Positions 47,877-59,886 of a stretch of DNA of 64,000 bases are shown here, piece by piece. The stretch comes from Octopus sinensis (lineage: Eukaryota). How positions within the stretch are numbered: the stretch's first letter is position 1; every line of letters starts with the position of its first letter. The stretch is taken from positions 8,866,001-8,930,000 of the forward strand of contig NC_042998.1 in assembly GCF_006345805.1 (NCBI RefSeq). Direction: 5' to 3'. The translations under genes were made by a program, and so were the position numbers. Below the pieces are notes generated by a model. That model saw only the letters and a program-made list of their open reading frames with translations, ran no database searches and was not told the DNA's origin.

Positions 47877-49807
47877 CTAGCAGTATCGCCCGGCGTTGCT
47901 CGGGTTTGTAAGGGAAATAATTATATAAGCATTTTTAGATATGTAAAGTATAATAGTCATCTCAATATGGCTAACCACAAAGGGGGAGGGGTGTTACTGT
48001 AGCTTTTTACGTTCTGAGATTTAATAATAAATTTTAGAGAGTTACTTCCCTTATATATGTCAAAAAGGATTAAAAATGGGAAAAATTGATGGTAAATTTT
48101 TTTTTAAATCGTAAACTCATCGTAGACGCGCGCTAATACCCAGACGGTCTCGATATGAAGCACGACTATAAGATACCCGGTTTTGGTTAAACTGCACCGC
48201 AAAATGTGGGAGTAGTTAGGAATCTAAATCGTAGGAGACAGACACACAACCTCACTTTTATATATAAAGATTTCCTCTATTTACATAATATTGAGGTCTC
48301 TTTCTTTCTTTTGTTATCTTACTGTTTTTACCAATATACATATATATATATAAATATATATATAGTTACAGAGATGTACTTGCATAGCAAGTGACTTGAT
48401 CTGAGATCGTGTGCTGGAACGAAAACAGTTGCAGCGTTGAAGGTGTTTATAAGCCATTTAAGAAACACACAAAAACCGTTAGATTCACTGCAACATTTAA
48501 ATTTAATTTGTCAAAATATTTTCGTCGCTTTGAGACCGCGACCTGTTAGCACGATGTTTTTGTCAGTGAACAGGTTGCGGTCTCAAAGGGAGGAAAATAT
48601 TTTGGCAAATTAAATTTAAATGTTGAAGTGAATGTAACGGTTTTTGTGTGTTTCTTAAATGGCTTACAAACACCTTCCACGCTGCAATATATATACACAT
48701 ATATATATATGTATGTATGTATGTATATATGTGTGTATATGTGTATGCATGTATGTGTGTGTGTGTGCGTGTCTGTGCTTGTGATTGTCCTCCACCACTG
48801 CTTGACAACGAATGTTGGTTTGTTTACATCCCTGTCACCTAGTGGTTTGACAAAGAAAACAGATAGAATAAGTACAATGCTTACAAAAATAAACTGGAGT
48901 TGATTCATTAAACTACAATTCTTCAAGGCATTGCCCCAGCATGGCCACAGACCAATGGCTGGAAAAAGCAGAAGAATAAAAGAATACATTCTCTGCTTTG
49001 GTCTTATGTTCAAGGCATGAGAAAGCTTGAGTTTACATGAGAAGGCCTAACAGACCTGGTAGAAACAGCAGCCAAATCTCCCACAAATCACACCTTACTG
49101 TCTTATGTATGTATATATATATATGAGCCAATGAGGGGGACCTCTACATGGTAGCTAGACCTGGTAGAAATAGCAGCCAAATTTCCCCCAAATCACACCT
49201 TACTGTCTTATCTATGTATATATGTATGTATGAGCCTATGAGGGAGACCCCTACATGGCAGCTAGACATGGTAGAAATAGCAGCCAAATCTCCCTCAAAT
49301 CACACCTTACTGTCTTATGTATGTATATATATATATATATACAAGCCACTACGGTTATTTAATGTAAAGTCTTCCTGAAATCACTCTCGCTATTTACTCT
49401 CTTCCAAGAACATTTTCACTCACTCTTATCTGTTAGCTTCCCATACATTTTACTCATGTATCTATCAGCGTCATAGACAGAAACAAATATTACATCGCCA
49501 TCGCATTCTATTTTCTACCTGTCAACACACAGTGAATTAGTTTCACTTTATTCGTTGCACACTGTGTGTGTGCGTTTGCGTGTGCTGTAAACCAGACTAA
49601 GAAAAGCATTTGACATACACACCAGAATGTGAGTTTTCTGTAAATTTTGCTTAATTGGAGTTTAAATTTTAAAAACTGGACCTGGCATGACCCGATGCAT
49701 TGTACTCTTAAAAATCCTAGGTAAATTGTAATTGAAGAAATCCTATATTGTAGATTTCTATAAGATACAAAGGGAGGCAGATAAAATCTGCTTTTTATAA
49801 TAAGAGA
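47877..49807 (-). mobile_element. Composite Helitron, inverted copy with a rearranged middle
   Basis: CTAG at 47877, module B to 48270, palindrome, SINE tail, 106-bp repeats, module A 49520-49807. Confidence 0.8.
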
Positions 49808-50428
49808 TGTCCTGATACATTTCCTGCTGTGGCTGTGTAGTCCTATCCTGGACAAACACTCCCTCTGGCAGGTACCGCAAATATAGCGGAGACTGTTCCT
49901 GGCTGGTTGTAGTGCCATAGTCTCTTGTTTACGTCTCTTCCTTTCTTTCCATTTCTCCTCTCTCTCTCTCTCTGTCACTCTTTTGTATTCCCTCTTTTAC
50001 TGTACGTCGCCATTCTCCACGGTTGCCGGCAACTGCCTCCCAACCGCTAATATTGATGTTGCAGGCCTTCATATCCCTTTTGCAAACATCCCTGTAACGT
50101 AAGATCGGTCTACCCACAGACCTAGTACCCCTAGCAAGCTCTCCGTAGAGTATGTCCTTGGGAATTCTGCCATCTTTCAAACGGCTAACATGCCCAAGCC
50201 ATCTCATACATCTTTGTGTGAGGAGTGCAAACATGCTTGGTATTCCTGCTTGCCTGAAGACATCTTTGTTGGGGATATGATTCTGCCATTTGATGCGGAG
50301 GATTTTTCGGAGGCAGCGCAGGTGAAAGATGTTTAGGCGACGCTCTTGGCGTGTGTATAGCGTCCAGGTCTCGCTTCCATACAGTAGAGTGCTGAGTACA
50401 CATGCCTGGTAGATCTTCATTTTCGTGG
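49808..50428 (-). mobile_element. RTE (BovB-like) LINE 3' fragment
   Basis: [18 protein letters not shown]...[29 protein letters not shown], then the C2H2-type CGTCQRECLSRIGLHSH. Interrupted by the Helitron at A|T. Confidence 0.85.
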
Positions 50429-50429
<1 letters not shown>

Positions 50430-50460
<31 letters not shown>

Positions 50461-50634
50461 TATGTATATATATATATGTATATATATGTAAATATATATA
50501 TATATGTATATATATGTATATATATATATGTATATATATATGTATATATATACATATGTAAATATATATATATGTAAATATATATATATATGTGTAAATA
50601 TATATATATATATGTAAATATATATATACATATG

Positions 50635-50682
<48 letters not shown>

Positions 50683-50734
50683 AATATATATATATGTAAA
50701 TATATATATATATGTAAATATATATATATATATG

Positions 50735-50768
<34 letters not shown>

Positions 50769-50814
50769 AATATATATGTATATATGTATATATATATGTA
50801 TGTATATATATATG

Positions 50815-50845
<31 letters not shown>

Positions 50846-50944
50846 GTAAATATATATGTATATATATATGTAAATATATATGTATATATATATATGTATA
50901 TATATATATATGTATATATATGTATATACATATATATATGTAAA

Positions 50945-51016
<72 letters not shown>
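50430..51016. repeat. Long compound (TA)n/TATGTA microsatellite
   Basis: Direct reading. Confidence 0.95.
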
Positions 51017-51019
<3 letters not shown>

Positions 51020-51204
51020 TAAGCAATAAAGGGTTTAGCAACGAATTGCCTTACCACATACCGAATTTAGAAATAGCAGTCAAAGAGTTATAGCTATTTC
51101 TTCTACTAAAAAGGGAGATCTCAGTAAAAACAGCAATTGGAAGGCAGACACAAACAGGTAAGAGAGAATGAATTGACGGCAATCTATCATACAATTTTAA
51201 GTTA

Positions 51205-51304
51205 TCTACGGACGTACGTTTCGAAATCAAGCTTTTAGGAAAGTATAAGAATTAAATATTAAATAATTCTATCTCACCAAAACTTCTTTTCTCTTCAGCG
51301 TAGA
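51205..51304 (-). ncRNA. Type I hammerhead ribozyme (inverted copy of 51936-52035)
   Basis: Reverse complement with one substitution in the stem II extension. Confidence 0.85.
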
Positions 51305-51935
51305 ATACTATAATCATAAATGATTATATATTGAATTTTGAGATACTAGAAGGCACCAACTCAACTCAGTATCAGAGCGAGCTAGAATCCGCAACTAGTA
51401 TCACCAAATTCAATGTGTGAATGAAAAGATTGTGTCACCAGCCCCTTCCCACCCGCGTGTAGCCAAAACAAGATGCTGTGGTCATCTACTGAGATAAAAT
51501 ATGGTTATCCGTAATAATGAAGGGTGAAATTAATTAATTTGGAATAATTATCAATTACACCAAGTAGTCTTCGGCATGTAAAAGCCTCATTCGAGGAAAA
51601 TTTAAGTAATACTAAGCAATAAAGTGTTTAGCAACGAATTACCTTACCACATACCGAATTTAGAAATAGCAGTCAAAGAGTTATAGCTATAATTATTCCA
51701 AATTAATTAATTTCACCCTTCATTATTACGGATAACCATATTTTATCTCAGTAGATGACCACAGCATCTTGTTTTGGCTACACGCGGGTGGGAAGGGGCT
51801 GGTGACACAATCTTTTCATTCACACATTGAATTTGGTGATACTAGTTGCGGATTCTAGCTCGCTCTGATACTGAGTTGAGTTGGTGCCTTCTAGTATCTC
51901 AAAATTCAATATATAATCATTTATGATTATAGTAT

Positions 51936-52035
51936 TCTACGCTGAAGAGAAAAGAAGTTTTGGTGAGATAGAATTATTTAATATTTAATTCTTATACTTT
52001 CCTAAAAACTTGATTTCGAAACGTACGTCCGTAGA
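51936..52035 (+). ncRNA. Type I hammerhead ribozyme (complete core, long stem II)
   Basis: TCTACG CTGAAGA GAAA[61 nt]TTTC GAAA C GTAC GTC|CGTAGA. Stem I is 6/6 paired; predicted cleavage after C52029. Confidence 0.85.
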
Positions 52036-52349
52036 TAACTTAAAATTGTATGATAGATTGCCGTCAATTCATTCTCTCTTACCTGTTTGTGTCTGCCTTC
52101 CAATTGCTGTTTTTACTGAGATCTCCCTTTTTAGTAGAAGAAATAGCTATAACTCTTTGACTGCTATTTCTAAATTCGGTATGTGGTAAGGCAATTCGTT
52201 GCTAAACCCTTTATTGCTTAGTATTACTTAAATTTTCCTCGAATGAGGCTTTTACATGCCGAAGACTACTTGGTGTAATTGATAATTATTCCAATTAATT
52301 AATTTCACCCTTCATTATTACGGATATATATATATATATGTAAATATAA

Positions 52350-53005
52350 CTAGCCAGCCAGGACACCAACCGACAAACCAGCCAACCAACCGATTATGAC
52401 CAACCGACATACCAGCCAACCAGATGACCCACCGACCAACCAGCCAACCAGGACACCAACCGACAAACCAGCCAACCAACCGTTTATGACCAACCGACAT
52501 ACCAGCCAACCAGATGACCCACCGACAAACCAGCCAACCAGGACACCAACCGACAAACCAGCCAACCAACCGATTATGACCAACCGACATACCAGCCAAC
52601 CAGATGACCCACCGACCAACCAGCCAACCAGGACACCAACCGACAAACCAGCCAACCAGCTGATTATGACCAACCGACATACCAGCCAACCAGATGACCC
52701 ACCGACCAACCAGCCAACCAGGAATCAACCGACAAACCAGCCAACCAGCTGATTATGACCAATCGACATACCAGCCAGCTAGCTGACCCACCGACCTGTC
52801 CACTAACCGACAAACCAGCCAACCAGCAACTCACTGACAAACCAACCAACCTTTAACCAACTGAAAAACCAGCCAACCAGAAGTCCATCCGACAAACCAG
52901 CCATGACCAACTGATCCACGACCAGCCGACAAACCTGCCAACAATGCGACCCACCGACCAACCGACAAACCAGCCAACCAACCGTCTAACCAGCCAACCA
53001 GCCAG
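52350..53005. repeat. 90-bp minisatellite built from CCAA/CCAG motifs (about 5 copies, then decaying)
   Basis: 30-aa periodic ORF 52396-52752. Confidence 0.85.
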
Positions 53006-53372
53006 AACTTTTGTTGGCTGTTATTTTTATATAAACGTCACTGAATAAAATATGGATTGGTCACGACTGGATGTCTTCGATCATTGACCTGTTCGATTAG
53101 GCTTTCGTGAGGGCTGGACATCAACAACAACAACAAAATATATTTAATACGACTGATTTTCTCTAGAATTAGGAACCAGGCGTTGTTTGCGTGAGGAAGG
53201 CAGGGGCATTTTGAAATAGCAGCAACAGGTCGGGAAGAAGAAGAGTTTCCACTTTGATTTTAATATACGTCAATGCATTCTAAGTAGAGAGTTTAATGTA
53301 ACATTCTTTCTTTTAGTTTTTACTTCCGTCTCACAAAAAATTTGACTGTCGGTTAAATTCCGAATTCATAAA

Positions 53373-53380
53373 TATATAAA
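53373..53380 (+). promoter_or_regulatory. Candidate TATA box of the deacetylase gene
   Basis: TATATAAA about 150 bp upstream of the ATG at 53525. Confidence 0.4.
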
Positions 53381-53401
53381 GTGATCAACGTCGATACAGA
53401 C

Positions 53402-53476
53402 AAAATCGCAGATGACAGCTTCAGATAAAATCGCAGACGACAGCTTCAGATAAAATCGCAGACGACAGCTTCAGAT
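53402..53476 (+). repeat. 25-bp tandem repeat x3
   Basis: AAAATCGCAGAYGACAGCTTCAGAT three times. Confidence 0.9.
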
Positions 53477-53524
53477 CAAAGAAGGCAAAAGCGTCACAGT
53501 CTAAATAGCAAACAACAGAAGAAA

Positions 53525-54509
53525 ATGACTCGCTATTTATTATTTTTACTACTGGTTTCCACTGTCAATGCGGGTTGCCAACAAGAGGAAAATTGTTTGT
53601 CTCCGAATTGCTACTGCAGCAGCAAATGGTTTCCAAAAATGAACGTTACAGATATACCCCAGATGGTATACTTCGGGTTCGACGATGCAGTTAATTCCTT
53701 AATTAACGAATATTATGATGAAATATTCACCAATAACCGTAATAATCCCAATGGCTGCCCTATCACGATGTCTCTTTATGTATCTGATCTTTATACAGAC
53801 TACAAATTGGTCAAAAAATACTATGATGCTGGTCATGAAATTGGTGTTCATGGTGTTAATGACAAGAGAATAGATACTGCTGCACATCTTTCAGAAGAGG
53901 CCAAACAACAAAGAGACAACTTAATTAAACATGCGGAAGTCAAGACAGACGATATAGTTGGATGGCGAAGTCCGTTTTTAACTTCAGCAGGTGAGGAACA
54001 ACCTCGAATATAAACAATCTGGGGTTTAAATATGATATAACGGTTACTTACGATGGAAGCCCTCCCAATGACATTATTTGGCCTTCTACATTAGACTACC
54101 CTTGGCCCTATACTTGTTTCTTAAACTGTCCGCGCAAAACAGTTAAAGGATTCTGGCTTGTTCCTGTCATTCCTTTGCAGGGTAAAAATAATAACTATAA
54201 ATGCACGTATGTTGACGGTGTTTACATCAACCCAACAATGAAACGGAAGCTTTTGATTACCTTTGGAATAATTTCAATGCCTATTATACGAGTTCTCGTG
54301 CCCCATTCGGCCTCAATATGCATGCGGCATGGTTTGCTTATTCGCCTTACAAAGTTTCTGCAGTGAACAAATTTTTAGAAAAAATTCTTGCTTTAAAAGA
54401 TGTTTATGTAGTTAGTGTTAAACAGGTATTAGAATGGATGGAAAAGCCCACACCATTATCAAAACTCAAAGATTTCAAACCATGGTCTTGCGCCAATCCA
54501 AAATTCTAA
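53525..54509 (+). pseudogene. Intronless secreted CE4 polysaccharide/chitin deacetylase-like gene, two 1-nt frameshifts (328 aa if restored)
   Basis: Signal-peptide-like MTRYLLFLLLVSTVNA; C..C.LPxCxC-type N-terminus; PQMVYFGFDD, HEIGVHGVND, GWRSPFL, LGFKYD, WPSTLDY, CTYVDGC, RAPFGLNMHAAW, DVYVVSVKQVLEWMEKP. Frame shifts near 54011 and 54219, each fixed by adding one T. Confidence 0.85.
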
Positions 54510-54677
54510 AAAAAATACAAAAGAAAAGAAAACGAATTAAAGCACGTAGAAATGAACATTTCAAATTACATATTTTTTAAACTTTTTCTCGGAGAAAACT
54601 TAATGTTCTTAAAAACGCTTGTCTATAGCAGAAAGGGTTGTTGTTGGTGTTGGTGTTGGTGTTGGTGTTGGTGTTGG

Positions 54678-54722
<45 letters not shown>

Positions 54723-55529
54723 TATGTTTGACTTCTGTTACATATTTCTTTTTTACTTTTTCTCGGAGAAAACTTAATATTCTTAAAAACGCTTGCGACG
54801 TCGTAAAATTCACCTGAAAACGATCACTCGGTTATTTCAGTTATATAGACTCTGTGCGTTGGAAACAACAAGTTCGAAACATTTATGTTTCAAAATTAAT
54901 TGAACCTGTATGCGGTTCACTTGACTTACTCACATATGAATATAGAAGACTATTTAAAGCAAATCTTGAAGAACTTTAAAGGATATGCGTTTTATATGTA
55001 TTTCTTTCCATTAATAATTTATAGAAAAGATATCTTGAAAATTTGACGAAAATAAAGGAAGCAAAACCTGACTTGCAGTTTATTTGGCATTATTTTTTTA
55101 TGTCTAAAACATTTATAACCACAAAATACGAATGTAAATTAAGTATTGCCTACTTTATTCAATTGTAAATTAACGTAAATTAAAGAATTCTTTTTATAAA
55201 GTCAATATTGTGTTATCAGTCGCTACTAAATCTGCCATCATCATTTTATTTCAACAAAGCTTTCTTGTTCGTGAAATTTTTGTGAAATTTCAGTAAAAGG
55301 ATACCACCACGAATATGGACAGCATAAGTTAAACTATTCTATTTCTAAATCGGTACTACTTAAGAAGAGTGGTCCCGGTGCGCGCACTCGCGTACTCGCG
55401 CATCCGCGATAACAAGATGTGACTAGTCGATCCTTACTTTGTGCTTTTGTGTTTTATTTACTTTGTTTAAAAAAATTATATACTTTGTGTTTTTGTATTT
55501 CATTTAAATACTTCTAAAATGTAACTGCA

Positions 55530-55710
55530 CGTAATTGTGGGCGATTGGTTTCCTCCTTCGTCTTGGACTTTCCTCTTTCCGAAGAAGCGCTTTGCCCGAA
55601 ACCTAAAACTACTACTCTTTCCCTTCTCTGAGGATACTTATTATACATTGCTCGTGGTACGTCCACACGTCCGTTTTTCATATTTTTTCTCTGTTTTCTT
55701 GATTGCCTAT
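55530..55710 (+). mobile_element. Penelope-type pLTR relic with a degenerate minimal hammerhead motif
   Basis: TTT CCGAAGA A GCGC TTT GCCC GAAAC CTA AAAC at 55576-55609. Same layout as 11748-11782. Confidence 0.45.
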
Positions 55711-56316
55711 ACACATACACACAAACGCACGCACATACATACATGCGTGTGTGTATGCATATGTGTATGCATGTACATGTATGTATGTATATTTGTGTAT
55801 ATTTATGCGTATATTTGTGTATGTATGTATGTGTGTGTGTATGTATGTGCATGTATGTGTGTGTGCATGTATGTGTGTGTGCATGTATGTGTATGTGTGT
55901 ATGTATATGTGTGTATGTATGTGTATATATATGTAAATATGTGTATATATGTGTATATATATATGTAAATATGTGTATGTATATATATATGTATATATAT
56001 GTAAATATATGTATGTATATATATATGTGTAAGTGTATACGTGTGTGTATGTATGTGTGTGTGTATATATGTGTGTGTGTGAGTATATACGTGTGTGTAA
56101 AGTATATACGTGTATATACGTCTGTATATATACGTGTATATATATGTGCGTATATATACGTGTATATATATGTGTATATATGTATATGTGTGTGCATGTA
56201 TATATATGTGTGCATGTATATATATATGTGTGTGTGTATATATATGTGTGTGTATATATATGTGTGTGTATATATATATGTGTGTGTATATATATGTGTG
56301 TGTGTGTGTATATATA

Positions 56317-56364
<48 letters not shown>

Positions 56365-56375
56365 TATATATACAC

Positions 56376-56515
56376 TATCCTATCAGACTATGAATGACTA
56401 AATTGCAACAGGTATATATATAGCCCATTCTCTGTATTAGAGTGCATTGTTATACGATTCTATTGCTTTTCCTTATTAGAATATTGCGTACGGTTCACTC
56501 TTTCTGAATATCCCC

Positions 56516-56553
<38 letters not shown>

Positions 56554-56693
56554 GGGGATATTCAGAAAGAGTGAACCGTACGCAATATTCTAATAAGGAA
56601 AAGCAATAGAATCGTATAACAATGCACTCTAATACAGAGAATGGGCTATATATATACCTGTTGCAATTTAGTCATTCATAGTCTGATAGGATA
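56376..56693. repeat. Perfect 318-bp palindrome: 141-bp arms around (TA)18
   Basis: 56376-56516 is the exact reverse complement of 56553-56693 by eye. Confidence 0.92.
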
Positions 56694-56759
56694 TTTCGGA
56701 ATAAAATACCTTCTTCAGATATTCTTAGATGGAGTCGCTGCTAATGCATGCACATACAA

Positions 56760-56790
<31 letters not shown>

Positions 56791-57190
56791 TACATGAATG
56801 CATACTTACATACATACATACACATACACACACACATACATACAAACATACATACACATTCACACATGCATACATACATACATGCATACATACACACACG
56901 CGCACATACACACACACACACACATACATACATTCATGCATACAAACATACATATACACATACATACGTACACACATACACAGATACATACATATATATA
57001 TATATACGCCTAATAGTTCGCGTTACTTTCGTTACCAGTCGATTGAAATAGCTTGTGCAAGGGAGACAACTTTTAATAGATTAAAAGAAAACCCATCGCT
57101 CCAGAGTTTGTGCAAAATACATTTGGGTAATTCAAGTTTCGGTCGGCGGTTCACAAATTTTTCTTCTTTCCGTACCCCTAGGAAATGCCG

Positions 57191-58549
57191 AGTCAGTCTC
57201 AATAGCTGTATTGCAAAACTGATGGAATCGTGTGTCAGAGAAACACTCTGGAACTTCTGGAGCTCTCACAGTCTCATCCGACCCTCACAATATGGATTTG
57301 TCCCTAACTCCAGCTGCAGTGACCAGCTTGTCGAGTTCCTTGAGGACATTACTCAGATCACTGACAGTGGCTCATGGGTGGATGTTGTCTACCTTGACTT
57401 TGCTAAGGCTTTCAACTCTGTGCCACACAAAAGGCTTATGGTGAAACTCTCTGCAATGGGTGTGGGGGATGACCTTTTTAACTGGTTGAAATCCTTCATC
57501 CTCAGCCGAAAGGAGGTAGTCACAGTTCTAGGACAGCACTCTACACCATATGAGATGTCATCGGGTGTACCACAGGGATCTGTCCTTGGCCCCCTCTTGT
57601 TTGTGGCATACATTAACGACATAGATGCCAATTTAAAGAATGCCACAGTATTGAAATATGCAGACGACATCAAGCTGTACCTTGAAATCAAGAGGACAGA
57701 TCCTGATGTCTACAACTCTTTCCTGCAATCAGACCTGGACACAATGCAGCAATGGATCACAGACTGGCAACTGAAACTGGCTGTGGACAAGTGTACCACC
57801 ATGCATTTTGGGAGAAAAAACCCTGCGTTCACATACTCCCTCCACAACACTGATATCAAGAAATCCTCTTGCGAGCGTGACCTAGGCATCACTGTCAGCA
57901 GTGATCTGCGTTGGTCAAAGCATATCTCTAAGATTGTCAGGAAGGCCGAGGGTGTCTTGGCATCACTCAGCAGGTCTTTTGTTAGCCGCTCTCCAGCCAT
58001 CTATTTAAAACTGTATACAGCTATGGTACGACCACACTTGGAATTCGCATCATCAGTTTGGAACCCCTATCTTGCACAGAACATTGACCTCCTGGAATCT
58101 GTCCAGAGACGTGCAACCAAACGCATACCCTCCATCAGACACCTACCATATTCTGAGCGCCTTGTTTCCCTGGGCATGGATTCACTGAAGCTCCGGCGTT
58201 TGGCGACGGACTTGGTAAACACCCACAAAGTTATCAACCACCTCACCAACAACAACACTGAACACCTTTTTGATCTCCATGTGTCTAACACACGTGGACA
58301 TGCCTACAAAGTCAGAAAACAATACAGCTCCCATGACTTTCGGAAACATTTTTTCACGCTCAGAGTTGCTGAAGCATGGAATAAACTGCCTGCGTCAGTT
58401 GTTGACTGCCATGACACTGCATCTTTTAAGGCCCTCATGCTTTCCGAAATCCGCCGAAACTTCACCTGATTATATATACACTTTAGATGAGTTGTAGTGC
58501 ACCTGAGCACTGTACACAATTATTATTATTATTATTCTACAGAATATAA
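57191..58549 (+). mobile_element. 5'-truncated CR1/L2-type LINE with open RT and (ATT)n tail
   Basis: SQYGF, YLDFAKAFNSVPH, GVPQGSVLGPLLF, YADD, RPHLEFASSVW, FFTLRVAEAWNKLP. Open reading frame to 58469. Confidence 0.92.
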
Positions 58550-59683
58550 AAGAACTCTCGAACGCAGAAAGGCTATGAAAACAGCTTCGAAAATCGGATA
58601 AATACCCTTTAGAAGACGGGAAAAAAAGTGGCCAGTAAGCCTCCACGGGAATTCGAACTCTGCACTTCTCAAATTCTGGCTGAGCGCTCTATACCATTTA
58701 GCTAAGAGATCCCTAAGAAAAGATGTATGTCTGTATTTTATGTATGTATGTATGTATGCATGCATGCATGCATGCATGTATCTATGTATGTATGTATGTG
58801 TGTATGTGTGTATGTATGTATGTATACATGTATGTATTATACATGCATGTATGTATGTATGTATGTATACATGCATGTATGTATGTATGCATGTATGTAT
58901 GCATGTATACATGTATGTGTGTATGTATGTATGTATGTATATATACATGCATGTATGTATGTATGTATTGTAAGAATGAATGAATGTATGTGTGTATATA
59001 TATGTGTGTATATATATATATATATATACTACAAAATTAGAAAATGGAGAAACATACTCAAATCAATAAAACATCAACCATCAGATGATACCCAATTAAT
59101 ACTTTATTACACCATTACATAACAGTAAAGGCATTATACAAAATATATTGTAAATATAAATAGACAAGGAAATAGAAATATAAAATATAAAATATGCGAC
59201 AGGGAAAGTCGCAAATTATACGGTCTCTTGTATCTGCAGTTTATTAAACCAAATGCAGAAGTCGCACAATCACATGGTTCCAGCGAATACTTCGGTAAGC
59301 ACTCTGTCTTATAAACCCAGCTAGCAGGATGTCCAATCAAGATAACAGCAAACCGTTTAGGCTATTACTACTGTGTAACTGGTGCAAACTGTTAATCCGA
59401 TATTCGTCACTAATAATTAATTTGGTGTATTAATCACAGGGTATAACACTAATGGAATAAAGAATGAAGGATTATATTCATACAATTCTTCTTTAGCTTA
59501 CATACGTTTCAGATGATTCAGTGAGATGTAACCATTGTATATTCTGGCCTGCATGCTAAATCTTTTCATTAACTAATCGACTAATCAATTAGTATATTGA
59601 ACAGATATCTCCCGAGCAATCTTCGCCAAAGTTTTTAAAGTATTTGTTAGATGTTTTCTGAAATATATACGCAATCAGATATA

Positions 59684-59848
59684 GGCGCAGGAGTGGCTGT
59701 GTGGTAAGTAGCTTGTCTACCAACCACATGGTTCCGGGTTCAGTCCCACTGCATGGCACTTTGGGCAAGTGTCTTCTACTATAGCCTCGGGCCGACCAAA
59801 GCCTTGTGAGTGGATTTGGTAGACGGAAACTGAAAGAAGTCCGTCGTA

Positions 59849-59886
<38 letters not shown>

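Larger units (their letters stand above)
51017..52326. mobile_element. 593-bp hammerhead-containing unit in tandem and inverted arrangement (retrozyme or Penelope pLTR-like)
   Basis: Unit restarts at 51610. Strand switch at about 51690. 51017-51551 and 51689-52223 are near-perfect inverted copies. Both ends lie in (TA)n. Confidence 0.8.

Noticed and set aside
53525-54509. Bacterial origin of the intronless deacetylase
   Set aside because: The Cys-rich N-terminus and PQMV..FDD/WPxTLDY motifs are of the animal CDA-like type, and base composition matches the host. Lack of introns alone is insufficient; a phylogeny would be needed.
56748-57190. N-terminal part of the 573-aa ORF as a novel LINE domain
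   Set aside because: It is microsatellite and flank sequence fortuitously in frame with a 5'-truncated RT.
59495-59595. Minus-strand GAAACGTATGTA with a possible TTTAGC/GCTAAA stem I
   Set aside because: The CTGANGA half is not recognisable; too degenerate to call.
59684-59760. tRNA gene
   Set aside because: The A/B boxes belong to a SINE head with no complete cloverleaf, and it continues into the SINE body.
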